Shown here: piece by piece, positions 10,638 to 22,699 of the stretch
How positions within the stretch are numbered: the stretch's first letter is position 1
Layout of the letters: each line of letters starts with the position of its first letter
Source: Octopus sinensis
Taxonomy: Eukaryota
Assembly: GCF_006345805.1 (NCBI RefSeq)
Contig: NC_043010.1
Coordinates: 57,722,001-57,786,000, forward strand
Direction: 5' to 3'
Length of the DNA stretch: 64,000 nt
Notes under the pieces: model-generated
What the model was told of the DNA's origin: nothing
The model's database searches: none
Seen by the model: the letters and a program-made list of their open reading frames with translations, nothing else
Position numbers and translations under genes: made by a program

Positions 10638-12565
10638 TAAAGGTTTCCATGTGTGTGTGTATGCATTTCCATGTGTGTTAGAATGTATGGAAGCATTCAT
10701 ATAGGACTGCCTCCACACACCCGGGTAGGTCCCCTTTCTCTTTCCTCCTCCCCACATCGATAAAATATGTATTATGGTGAATACAAATATCTGTACACAT
10801 GAGAGTAATGCTGCAGCCTGGCCAGAGGCTAACAAATGAAACCAGGAAAATATATAAAGAATATAAAGAGACTGACTTCATATATAAATGAAGACTTGAT
10901 GGATCTTACCTCATCCAACCACCACCTCCACCACCACCACCACCACAGTATATCCTCCATCAAATCAAGGTACATATATATATATATACGCACACACACA
11001 CACACAAAAACATACATACATACACACACACACATATATGACTATACATACATAGATTTATATATATATACATATATATATATGTATATATATATATGCA
11101 TAGCTTTATGTACACACACACACACATTTGTGTGCGTATAGTAACAATAAGTCTATGTTAAACAGTTCAGCTGCCAATCAAATGTTGTAGAACATCTAAA
11201 CCCTGCCACGCCCACCACCACTGCCACCACTTCCATCATTCACCCCACCCCCACCCCACCTTCACCTCACTGTCTTCTGTCAAACATGTTATTCAGTTTC
11301 TTTATGTAAAACTACTTACATATACATACATACATACAAACATATATACACGTGTGTGCATGCACATATACATATATATATAGACACATACACACACACA
11401 CACACCTATATATATATTTATGTACGTATATGTGTGTGTGGGTGGTGTATACATGTACATTCTATTATACATATACACAAGGGTGTATACTAAAAGATTT
11501 TATTAAATTTTTTGCTAAATTTCTGTATTTAATGCGAATCAAAGATATTTTACTCTGTTCTCATTGTTTTTCATATTGTTCTTGTTTTTTTTTATGGTTT
11601 TTGCTGCTGTTGGTTTTTGTTTGTTTGTTTTTTTTTACTTTTAATTTCTTCTACAAAGTTCTGGAAACTTTGCAAAGTTGTGCTTCTTGAACATTGCTAT
11701 TTTGATGCTAGAATATCACACACGCATGAACACACACAGAACGAAAGGAGAGGGTAGTAGGATTGTAATTAACTGAACCAACAACACCACTCCCAACCTT
11801 CTCCCACAGAATATAACTGGTATATCATTTATTGTCTGTAGACATAAAAGCAAAGACAACTTTTGAAGGATTTGAACTCATAATTTTTTCAGGACTGTTT
11901 GACCCTCTGTCATACCTACCAACTGTTATTCCAGTGAAGGAATCTCTACATGGTCATCTGATCTGTTTGAAATAACAGCCAAAGTGCCCTCAAATCACAT
12001 CACTGTCTGAGAAGAGCAACCACATTGAATACTGGGATGAAAAACCAGAGTGCTACAAGTTCCAGGTGGGTGTTTGTATTAAACAGGGTGACAACAGGGT
12101 GGACTCACCTAAAGGTACCCAAGGTCCAGGTGGTAGGTGGTGAAAAGTGTGTGACAAAAGAGTGGACTTCACTAAAGGTACCCAGGGTTCAGGTGGTAGT
12201 GATAAGCAGACCAAACAAATACCACAAGGTATCTGTCTGACACCCTAAATATCCCCCTCCCCCTTTCATGGACCTGGCTAAGTAATTAATGCTATTGCTC
12301 CCTGCAAGGGTAAAAGGAAACAATGGCCTGGTTGTATTTGCTCTTGGAACGGAAGAGATTTTGCTTTATGCTCTATGATGGTCATGGCTGGAATATCTCT
12401 GATGACAAGTGGGCTGCATCATGATTGACCTATGGCTACACAACAACATCCATTGGGCTTGAAGCAATAGAGGACTCTCACTGAACTCACTCTATCTGCT
12501 AGAAATAGAAGTGAAATCTCCTCCAAACAACATCCTGCCACCTTTAATAAAAGAGAATAGAAGTT

Positions 12566-12778
12566 GGTGAGCTGGCAGAATCGTTAGCATGTTGGGTGAA
12601 ATGGTTAGCAGTATTTTGCCTGTCTTTACGTTCTGAGTTCAAATTCCGCCAAGGTCAACTTTGTGTTTCATCCTTTTGTGGTTGATGAATTAAGTACCAG
12701 TTGTGTACTGGGGTCGATCTAATCAACTGGCTCCCTTCCCGCAAAATTTCAGGCCTTGTGCCTAGAGTAGAAAAGAAT
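12566..12778 (+). mobile_element. Full-length tRNA-SINE family A
   Basis: ggtgagctggcagaatcgttagc (A-box-like) ... gttctgagttcaaattccgcc (B-box-like) ... tttcatcctttt ... taagtaccag ... ccttgtgcctagagtagaaaag. Confidence 0.85.
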
Positions 12779-13344
12779 AAAAGAGAATAGATCGGAGGAT
12801 GTAGGTCTTAGTGTAAAAAAAGTGGGTTGGTCATGTCTGGAATACGTTTGACCATTGGTTCTATTAGATCAAAATAGAGATAAAGCTAAACAGTAACAAT
12901 GGTAATGGTAGCTGCGGTGGTGGTGGTGGTGCTGCTGCTGATGGTTAAGGTGGTGTTGGCAATGATAGTGGTGGTTCTGGTGGTGGTGGTGATAGTGATG
13001 GTGTTAGTGTTGGTTGGGATGGTACCGGTGTTGTTAAAAGATTATGGTATAGGAGGTAGTTGTGTGCCAATACTACTTGTTTTCTGACAGAACAGAGATA
13101 TTTTGTTCTATAAACTCCTGTTACCATTTAAGAGTTTGGCGCTGAGGAAAGACAACAAACAGTCTAAATCAATGGAAACCAGTGAGATTCCACATTTTAG
13201 AAATGCAATCCTCTTTTCAGTTTTGATATAAAAATTTATGGATGTACATAACATTGAATCGCTGTGTTAAAAGTTTCAATTACATCATCAGTTGCCTTCC
13301 ATACTGAGAGCTGTTTCATGTACAACTCTGAGCAGGGAACTGGC

Positions 13345-13545
13345 AGGACCCTTTGCACATCAGACACAACTGCTTAGTACCATTTCTTCTGGCTTTTTAT
13401 GCGCTGAGTTCAAATCCCACTGGAGTCAACTCTCTCTTTCATTGCTTTAAGGTTGATAAAATAAAGTAGCAGTCAAATGGTTGAGTTGATGTAGTTGACT
13501 TGTTTGTCACCTCCCCTCAGAATAGTTGGCCCGGAACCCTACAAT
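13345..13545 (+). mobile_element. Decayed tRNA-SINE family A
   Basis: gaactggcagg ... gctgagttcaaatcccactggagtcaac ... ggttgataaaataaagtagcag. Confidence 0.55.
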
Positions 13546-13859
13546 ACACTGGTGTACCATTTGGAGGGAATGTTATGATTTTGGTCTCTCATATGCTGAA
13601 GAAACCGAGTTTGGTTTTGTAAATCCTAGGGCTCCAGAAGAAAAAAACATATGTGCCTGTATAACTGCAACTCACAAACAAGATTTCAGTTGTGTTTCCT
13701 GTTGAGTTCCATAGTGAAGGTTGCTTCAGGTGTAACACTCCAACACACAGATATCATGATGTAGAAGAAATCATCATCCTCATTATTAAAGCTGTTGCAC
13801 AGTATCCAATATTACACAGTTGTAGATTGAAGATTTTGTGAGTTGTGGGGATTCGTGCC

Positions 13860-14365
13860 TTCTCTTAGGTGGTTCTGGCAGTGACCATGCACTAAATGTG
13901 TTTTTTATGTGCTACCTGCATGGGAGCCAGTCTGGCAACAATCATGCTCGGATATTGTCTTTCATGTGCCACCAGCATGTGTGCCGGTAAGGCGATGCTG
14001 GCAACGATCACGCTCAAATGGTGCTTTTTACATGCCATCGGCATGGGAGCTAATCCGTGGCCCTGGCAGTGATCACACTTTTAACATTCCACTGGCACAA
14101 CTACCAATCAGGTGGTACAGTCATCGGCCATGTCAGCGATTTTGATTTGATTTCATTTGCCTCAATAGGTCTTCACAAGCAAAGTTTATTGTCCAATGAA
14201 TGAGGGGTACTCATAAGTGGGATTACACCCCACACTCGGATGTGCTTTTAACATTACACTGGCATGGGTGCCACTCAGGTGGTACTGTCATTGGCCACAT
14301 CAGCAATTTTGATTTTGATTTCACTTTCCTCAATAGATCTTCGCAAGAAAAGTTTTTTGTCCAAT
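13860..14365 (-). mobile_element. RTE 3'-UTR remnant with internal tandem repeats
   Basis: gccggtaaggcgatgctggcaacgatcacgctc and gattttgatttgatttcatttgcctcaataggtct match 59700-60100; a ~120 bp block is duplicated (~14080-14197 and ~14246-14366). Confidence 0.65.
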
Positions 14366-14368
14366 AAG

Positions 14369-14575
14369 GTGGTGAGCTGGCAGAGTCGTTAGCTTGGTGG
14401 GTTGGGCGATATTCTTAGCAGTATGTCGTCTGTTGTTGTGCTCCGAGTTCAAATTCTGCTGAAGTCGATTTTGCCTTTCATCCTTTCAGAGTTGACAAAT
14501 TAAGTATCAGTAAAACATTAGGATCAACAAAATCGACTTGTCCCTTTCCCCAAAATTTCAGGTCTTAGCTGAATG
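14369..14575 (+). mobile_element. tRNA-SINE family A
   Basis: ggtggtgagctggcagagtcgttagc ... gagttcaaattctgctgaagtcgattttgcctttcatcctttc. Confidence 0.8.
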
Positions 14576-16299
14576 GATCATTACCATTATTCAATAGTTT
14601 CACAGTTCTCACTCTAGTTTGTAAGTAGATAAAACGTAACAGCTCACCTGGATAAGACACCACCTTAATACAGGTACCATTCCATAGATAATCGATGGTA
14701 CCAAGATATTCTTACATACAGCCATGTGAGGTGAAGTAAGAGACAATAACGTCTTCTAATGTGCTTATAGCAGATTAGAATCCTTAATCTATTGATATTT
14801 TAGTAACGGCATTAATGGTTGGGTGTTGTGGTATCAGGGTGGTGTATCTCTAGTTGTTGGAGACACTCTGAGAGTGGCGGCATCAAGAGGGGTGATGTTA
14901 GGGTAGTAAACATATCACATTCAGCCAATGAAGGAGACTGTGTGGGGTTGCTTGAGCTGCAAGAAACCACAGCACACACCCCTATATTGCATCATATCGA
15001 TCACTACGCTCTTACTAAAGAATGGGTACATTGGATAATGTAGTCCTGGATATGCAAAGGCTAAATGGTAAGAGCTGGAATAGATCATATACCCCGTTTC
15101 ATCAAGACTGACCTAGGGCTAAATAACAATAACAACAACAATTTTGACCCATTAAAGCAAGGGTTTTTCTCCCAGCCCTTATTGCCCTTTTGCTCTGCTA
15201 CCCAAATCTCCCACAACCACCACCACCACCACCACCATCTCACTAGAGACAACCTCTAGCAGACATCAGGAACTTGGAAAGAAAGAATTTGTCAAAGACA
15301 AAAATCATTTATCCAGTTTTTAGAGGGGCGAGGGAGGGGTGGTGGTGGAAAGGAGGGAGTTAATCCTTTAGGATTTACATGTTTTATCCTCAGTGTATTC
15401 CTTCTATTTTCTGAGTATGTGTTTGATGAAGGGAAGTGTGTATGTCTGTGTATATATATGTGTGTGTGTGTGTACATACAAATAAACACACACATATATA
15501 TGCCAATATACATACATGTATATATGCATATACTGTGTGTATATTTGCAACATGTCAATCACTTTAATCCAACTCTCTCTCTCTGTCTCTTTCTCTCTGA
15601 CATAAATATATTACTTACAAACACACAGATTTATGTAGTTTTATTGATAGAATCAAGTCATACACAAAAGACATGCTGTGTTGATGTCCCATGTACTAAA
15701 CCATGCATAAGGTTTCAATCCTAACCAACAGCTTTTGGTTAAAGTTTACATTTTGACCCGGAAATGAAACTCCGAAATATATACTGGAATGGGTGTAAAA
15801 CAATTTGTAGGTAACGGATATGAATTTAAAAAACGCGCGCAAAGCAACGGAAGGGTAGAGAGGACTTCGGAATATTCAAAAGATCCAAGCTTTTCCTTCG
15901 TAACTTTTAGGAAAATGGCCTTTTTCCAATGAAATTTTATAGAAATACTTTTCAAACGGCATACATTACGATTATAAAGAAATTTCTAGGGTAAATCTTT
16001 TCCAAGAGGGTAGGAACAAGACTTCCCTCGTAACTTTTAGGAAAATGGCGATTTTTCCAATGAAATTTTATAGAAATACCTTTTGAGCGGGGAACAGGTT
16101 CTCTTTCGATTTCGGGGGCAGAGAGAGAGAGAGAGGGGGAGTGAGTAAGGGTGTTCTTTGTCAGTTATGTTTTTTTTTTTGCCTGTACAATATAAATTTT
16201 GAAATGCAGATTCTTCTTCAGATTCGGAATCTACGCCCCCGATATAGTGTGTTCATGTAAAAATGAAACCAAAAAATATCCCAAAGGGGGTGCAGTCCA

Positions 16300-17009
16300 T
16301 GATCTTTACCTCCGCCGATTTGTACACACCCCGGTGACCGATCTATGAAATTTTGGCAATGATTTAATGTATGGGGGTGAATGTAACCGAGTATGTGGAG
16401 ATTACAATAGCTTGCCAAATTGTCAGTCATAACAGTTGTTCCTGGAAGAACCTTTTGTCTGATGACATTCTCCAACGTCTCTGTACTCCTCTTATCGGGT
16501 ACACGTTGAAGAAATGCTTTTCTGGTTGTGGTGTCTTGCGACACATTCTTCCTACATTGTTCTTGCTATTGAAGAACAAGCTTTCACCGATCTCCCCTAT
16601 ATGATCCGGACCACCAATGGGAGTTTTGTCCTGCAGTAGTTTTGCCGAACAAACATCTGTACAGAACTGGTACCACTGAACGGTAGTTTTATATCAGTGC
16701 AGTTCGTTCTTGCAGATATCGTCACAGGCAATCCGAAAATCAAATCAAACACTAAATGCAAAATTACATATAATGGCAGCTTAGAGCTTTATGTAAATGT
16801 ACCTTTCCTGGTGGAAAGAGTTTTATTTTTTTACATTTAGTGCACTTTCTATTGACAAACCAGTCAACAGAATGACTAAAATTTTGAAAATTCATCGAAT
16901 GTGTGCAAGCACACCGTGTTTTTTCGTTGGCAATATGTTTTGTCTTCAGATAATCTATAATGTTCTCTGTTGCAAGGTACAGCAAGAGTTCCAATCTGGG
17001 TGTACACAA
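16300..17009 (-). pseudogene. Merlin transposase 1, nearly full length, frameshifted
   Basis: N-terminal Cys-rich part (RCACTHSM...RKCTKCKK), then VQWYQFCTDVCS, PIGGPDHIGEIGESLFFNSKNNVGRM, then KAFLQRVPDKRSTETLENVIRQKVLPGTTVMTDNLASYCNLHILGYIHPHTLNHCQNFID; these are ISXO2/Merlin DDE motifs. Confidence 0.85.
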
Positions 17010-17049
17010 TGTAAAATAAATTCAGAAAAATAGCAACAGCTGCTTCTTT

Positions 17050-17500
17050 TTAAAGGGTACAAATATCGATGAAACGGTTCTGGTCCATCGAAAATATCAA
17101 CAGGGCAGAATAATCAAAACGGTTTGGCCTTTTGGTGGACTGGAACACTTGACGAAGAGAACATTTATGGTCCGAATGTGGCGGAGGCAACAGAAGGGAT
17201 GCTGACGCCATCATTCCGACGGGCCGGGATCAATAATTCATAATGACTGTTGGCGTGCGTATCGTAACTTGAGCAACATGGACTATACACACTATCAGGT
17301 TAATCACTTTGTGGATCCTCCATAACCCAGATGTTTACATTCAGAATATTGAGTGTTTATGAGGAAGCCTGAAAGAGTGCATTGTTCGTCCCGGAATGAG
17401 ATCGAAGTCCCTCAAACAGTATGTCGCTTGGTTTACCTTTTATACGAAGCATCTCACCACCGCCAACTCAGCGACTTCGTAAGTTTCTTTTGGAAGCTGG
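17050..17500 (+). pseudogene. Merlin transposase 2, catalytic half only, frameshifted
   Basis: IDETVLVHRKYQQGRIIKTVWPFGGLE ... PGSIIHNDCWRAYRNLSNMDYTHYQVNHFVD ... IQNIECL, across frameshifts. Confidence 0.85.
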
Positions 17501-17879
17501 AATACTGTACCCATGTTCCCGAGGACACGGAAGAATTGGTTCTTGATGTTCAGTCACCCTTAACATTTTTCAATCATGAAACAATAATTCAACGCCATAT
17601 TTATGAAACCATTCGGATAATTTTTTACAAGTGCACCTCCACGCAGTTCATAAAAAAAGAACCTCGGATTTCTCGCGTGTAATCACAAAACCTGACCTCC
17701 CAATGTGCTGCAAACCCCTTATTTATCTTTGAAAAAAAGGGATGGGGTAGGAAACTGGAACCCCACCTCCCTGAAATTATTTGAAAAAGAGAAAAAGATG
17801 TTTTATAAACACTTTCTACCAGTAAATTTTTTAGTTACCTAGAAATTATGTTAAAAACTGCCGTTCAAACCGAAAATAT

Positions 17880-17927
<48 letters not shown>

Positions 17928-18471
17928 TATATATATATTGTACAAAAAATAAATAATAAATAAATAAACAACTAACAAAGCCCACCTTCACTCACCCCCT
18001 CTCTCTCTCTCTCTCTCTGCCCCCGAAATCCAAAGAGAACCTGTTCCCCGCTCAAAATGTCGGCGCGGAAAACTGCTAAAGAAAAGTGGAAACATTTGAT
18101 GATATTTGAAAACTGTTTTGCAGCTTATGGCTTATATATGCTGGGATGTATATGTCCAGTAATTTCAGCAGGTATGTAAAAGATATTGTTTTAATAGACT
18201 TTGACTTGTTTTAAACAAACACTAATCATGGTTTTCTTGGGCAGACATCGTTACCACGAATTCTTATAACTTCAGCATTCGTTTATTATTCTTTTCAAAC
18301 TTCTTTGAAAATAGAAATAATCCATTTCTAAATTTGCCACAGAGATTTCAATAGAAAGTAATCCACACTCTAGAAATCGTATTTCTGCAAAATGTCATCT
18401 TAAAATACGTGTAAAGAAAGGGGCCAGATGCCGTTTCGCACCTCACCTTCAAAAGGGCAGTTTTATATATA

Positions 18472-18503
<32 letters not shown>

Positions 18504-18739
18504 CCATATGTAGACAGATAGATAGAAAGAGAGACAAAGTAATAAGAAGTGAATGAGAATAACGACGGAATGGTTTTAAAAATAATTGAAGATGAAATTA
18601 AATAAAAAATGAAGCCAAAACATTAAAAATTATTGAAAATAGAAAAAACACTACGTAGTGTAGAAGTATAACGCTTGGGTATCTGTAGAAAGTTGAATGT
18701 GGTTTCGAAATATAACAAGGAAAAATTCAGGATCTCCAG

Positions 18740-19240
18740 AAATTTCTTTATAATCCTAATTTATGCCGTTTGGAAGATATTTCTATAAAATTTCATTGGA
18801 AGAATCACCATTTTCCTAAAAGTTACGAGAGAAGTCTTCTTCCAACCCTCTTGGAAAAGATTTAGCCTAGAAATTTCTTTCTAATCGTAATTTATGCCGT
18901 TTGGAAGATATTTCTATAAAATTTCATTGGAAGAATCGCCATTTTCCTAAAAGTTACGAGAGAAGTCTTGTTCCTACCCTCTTGGAAAAGATTTAGCCTA
19001 GAAATTTCTTTCTAATCGTAATTTATGCCGTTTGGAAGATATTTCTATAAAATTTCATTGGAAGAATCGCCATTTTCCTAAAAGTTACGAGAGAAGTCTT
19101 CTTCCAACCCTCTTGGAAAAGATTTACCCTAGAAATTTCTTTATAATCGTAATGTATGCCGTTTGAAAGTTATTTTTGTAAAATTTCATTGGAAAAAAAA
19201 AAACAAAAAAAAAACGCCATTTTTCTAAAAGTTACGAAAG
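18740..19240. repeat. 131 bp tandem array, about 4 copies
   Basis: Unit anchor (t/g)tatgccgttt at 18761, 18892, 19023 and 19154; inverted ~1.5-copy counterpart at ~15890-16085 (period 130). Confidence 0.95.
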
Positions 19241-19360
19241 AAATTCTCACAAGATGTAAACATTAACCCAACTTGGTTTTTTGCTGCTACATCATTTTAC
19301 CAAAGACATGCAGTTAATTAGTTGGCATTTGAATGTGTTTATATCTACATATATATATAT

Positions 19361-20250
19361 GAGGTGGTATTAAAAAGTCCCCAGACCAGTTCTGTAGCAT
19401 GCCAACAGATGGCAGCACACGATTGTGTGTGCAGTGAGAGCTAGCAGTGACCTTCATGAGGCAGTGTTGAGTGATATCGTTGTGTTTACTTTGCAAGTTG
19501 TGAAATTTGTATTTTTGTGATCGCATGTATGCTGTGGTCTGTGATTTTTGTCAAAGACAGGAACAAAGGCCAACATGAAATTTTGCTTAAACTTGGGGGT
19601 TCTGCTACAGACACATTGAGTGTGCTTCGGCAAGCTTACGGCAACGAGGCAATGGGTTGTATGCAATGCTTTGAGTGGCACTGGTGCTTCAAAAGTGGAA
19701 GGACATCCCTGGAATAGGATGACTGATCTGGAAAACCTGCTACGAGGGTCACCTCTGGAAATGTGGTATTGTGCATCAAGGATTCATCCCCCAGGGCCAG
19801 ACTGTCAATCGAGAGTTCTACTGTAATGTTTTGAAGCGTTTGAGGGAGGACATTTGATGAAAGCAGCCATATCTGGGGAGTATAAAGAACTGGACTCTTC
19901 ATGGCGACAATTGTCACCGAGCTTTCCTTACTCATGAGCTTCTCACCAGAAACAACATGGTATCACATCCACACCCACCCTACTCACCAGATTTAGCACT
20001 TGTGTACTTCTATCTCTTCTCCAAGATGAAAATGCAGCTCAAAGGTCACTACTTTAAAACCATTATCAAAATTAAGAGTGAATCACAGAAGGTTCTCGAT
20101 TCACTTACAGAAAACGACTTCCAGGCTGGATTCCAAAGTGGCGAAAATACTGGAACTGGTGTGTTGCTGCACAAAGAATGATGTTAAAATTTTGCTAAAT
20201 AAGTTATTTTTTATTTAGCATAACTTGTCTGGGAAGTTTCTGATATGTAT
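19361..20250 (+). mobile_element. Mariner transposon, internally deleted
   Basis: KLGGSATDTLSVLRQAYGNEAMG..QCFEWH.CFKSGRTSLE (HTH), GQTVNREFYCNVLKRLR, HPPYSPDLA; imperfect TIRs tattaaaaagtccccagac / gtctgggaagtttctgata. Confidence 0.9.
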
Positions 20251-20454
20251 ATATGTGTGTATATATACACACACACACACAGTAATTGAAGTGTACAGTG
20301 TCATATATCCATTAGGGTCAACCTTACCAGTTGGTTTCGCAATAGGGGTTCAATGAGTATTAGATAACAGTCCAGTTATGTAACCCTACTCTCTTCAAAG
20401 GTAGCCGTTATGGAATGAAATATGGTGACTGCTTTATAATACACAGATGTGTCA

Positions 20455-20660
20455 TCATCATCACCATCATCATTTAAAGTCTGTTGTCCCTTGCTAACAT
20501 GGGTTGGATGGTATAAGAGGAGGTGGCAAGCTGGAGGGCTGCAGCAAGAATCGGTTGTCTGTTTTAGCATACTTTTTATGGTTGATGCCCTCCCTAATGC
20601 CAACCACTTTACAGAGGGAAACAGGGGGTGTTTTTACGTGGCTCCACCACAGTTGCTTTT
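20455..20660 (-). mobile_element. RTE-tailed repeat copy, decayed
   Basis: catcatcatttaaagtctg ... gatgccctccctaatgccaaccacttt. Confidence 0.65.
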
Positions 20661-21119
20661 TACATGGTGATGGCACAAACATACATACATATAAATATAC
20701 CTGGTGTACAAACAATTGTGCCAGCTTATCATCATCATCCTTTAATGTCTGCTTTCCATCCCGGTATGAGTTATCTTTTCTCTGGTGAAGGTCATTAGGC
20801 CAATAAAAATTTAAATACATTCATTGGGTCACATGCTTGTTGAAACGCACAAATGTTATTGAACGTCATGAAGGAGATAAAGATGAAAATCTGCCAGTAC
20901 CAAAAACCCAAGAAGGAGCCTGCTACATGAGCCTAAGGATACCATCACACCACATAGAAAATCAAGACTCATGGAGATAATCCAACAGGAATACCAATAC
21001 ATAAACCATGCCTGCGACTGACCAACAGAGACTTTAGCAACAAGGCTTAAGTGGATGAGGCAACAGCAACAACCACAACATCATAGAAACAAAGACAGAT
21101 ATAGAATCAGCATCGATGG

Positions 21120-21440
21120 AATTATGTTTGTCCTGTAAGCAACTGGACATCTTCGTGGGCTGCTGAAAGTGTCTCTGTATAAGTGATAACAGGAAGCGCA
21201 TTTAGTCTTAAGTAGAGGGTTAAACCAAACGTGACATCCTTGATGGCTTTGTGACATGTTACAATGTAGAATGGTTTGTATTTCTCGTGGAAACCACTCT
21301 CTTTTAAGACATTATTATAGCAGTGTGAAGCATTGTTAAAGACTTCTCTGTCAGATGAAATTCTGATTGTGTAGTGGCTCTTATTATAGACTGAATTTTT
21401 TGAGACTATGTGAAAGTGACTTGAAGTCTACATTATGCAT
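21120..21440 (-). pseudogene. Penelope-like RT C-terminal fragment
   Basis: Minus frames give TIRISSDREVFNNASHCYNNVLKESGFHEKY and HVWFNPL, resembling the PLE SS....F..A...YN..LK.SG and WFNPP motifs. Confidence 0.6.
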
Positions 21441-22699
21441 TACATATATTTATGTATATAAATATTTATTCATATATAATACATACATGCATGCATACAA
21501 ATATATATGCATGTATGTTTGTATGTGCGCATGTGTGATGCTTGTGTATGTGTGTGTGTGTTTTGTGGGTGTTACAATCTCTTTCTCTTTTTCTATCTTT
21601 CTAATTATGTATATTGCTGTAGTTGTTGTTGTAGTCAATGTAAATGTTGCTTTAGTACTTTTTGTTGTACATATGGAGTACAGAGTAAATGAGGTGATGT
21701 GAGCCAGGTTTTGTAATGAAGTGATCAACACTTCCAACACTACCAACACTGCTTCGACCACCACCACCACCACCCTCATCATTTGCCCCACCACCACCAC
21801 CACTACTATCGCAACCACCACTGCCACTGCCACCTCCCACCATCACCAAACCACAGTCCCTGGTTAAAACAACTTCATTGAAGAGATTTAACAAAAACCT
21901 CATCAGACCAATCTTTCCAGTTGGCACCAGTTCACAAAGCTATATAATCTCCATAATCAAAACTAATTACTATAGAACCATTCCAATTGAGTTTGAGTCT
22001 ATTAACCTCAGGTGAACTAGTGAAGATCACGACCAGCAACCATAAGTAAGACACACAGACAGATTGAATATTTGAATAAAATACCACAAGTTAGATTCAA
22101 ACCATTTCCAAAATATTTCAAAAAAAAGAAAGGTTTTACTGGCAAATTTTAATTTTATATTTGTGGGTATTTTTTTACCTTAAAATCGTATTTCTTCTTT
22201 GGTGACAGAGTGGTCGTTGTTGCTGAGAAGATCATGTTGGAACCGTGTAGACCTGGGATTGACCCACATGACACAATGCCATGGGCCTCTGGTCGACCAA
22301 TACATTATGGGGAGAACTGGGTAGATGGAACTTGTCAGCACACAATTAAATGTAGAAGAGGAAGAAGAATATGAAGAGTGTGATGGTTTCATGGCACTGA
22401 CCAGACTCTCAAATGTTATACATCACTGATCACAATGTACTTTTCTTTGTTAGCTTTGAAATGATGCCACCCTGCTGGTTAGGTGAGCAAACGAACATTC
22501 TTCCTCATCAGAAGGTTATTCCATTGCAGTGGTGGACCAATTTACAGCTGAGTGGACTGGAACAGTGTGAAATGAAAGGGTTTTGCTCAAGAACATAATG
22601 TGCCACTTGGTCCAGAAATCGAACCCATGACGTAGCAATCATGAGTGCAACACCCTAGCCACTGGGGCCACATGAAGAGTACAATGAACAAGGAATAGA

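Larger units (their letters stand above)
15737..19268. mobile_element. Merlin (IS1595/ISXO2-like) composite element with inverted termini and subterminal tandem arrays
   Basis: Candidate TIRs ggttaaagtttacat (15737) and atgtaaacattaacc (ends 19268); 130-131 bp arrays in opposite orientation near both ends; two transposase remnants inside. No convincing TSD found. Confidence 0.6.

Noticed and set aside
13135-13185. CTGAGGA followed by an agac/gtct hairpin
   Set aside because: GAAA box, stem III and stem I are not recoverable.
18740-19240. CRISPR-like array
   Set aside because: The units are contiguous 131 bp tandem copies with no unique spacers, the context is eukaryotic, and there are no cas genes.
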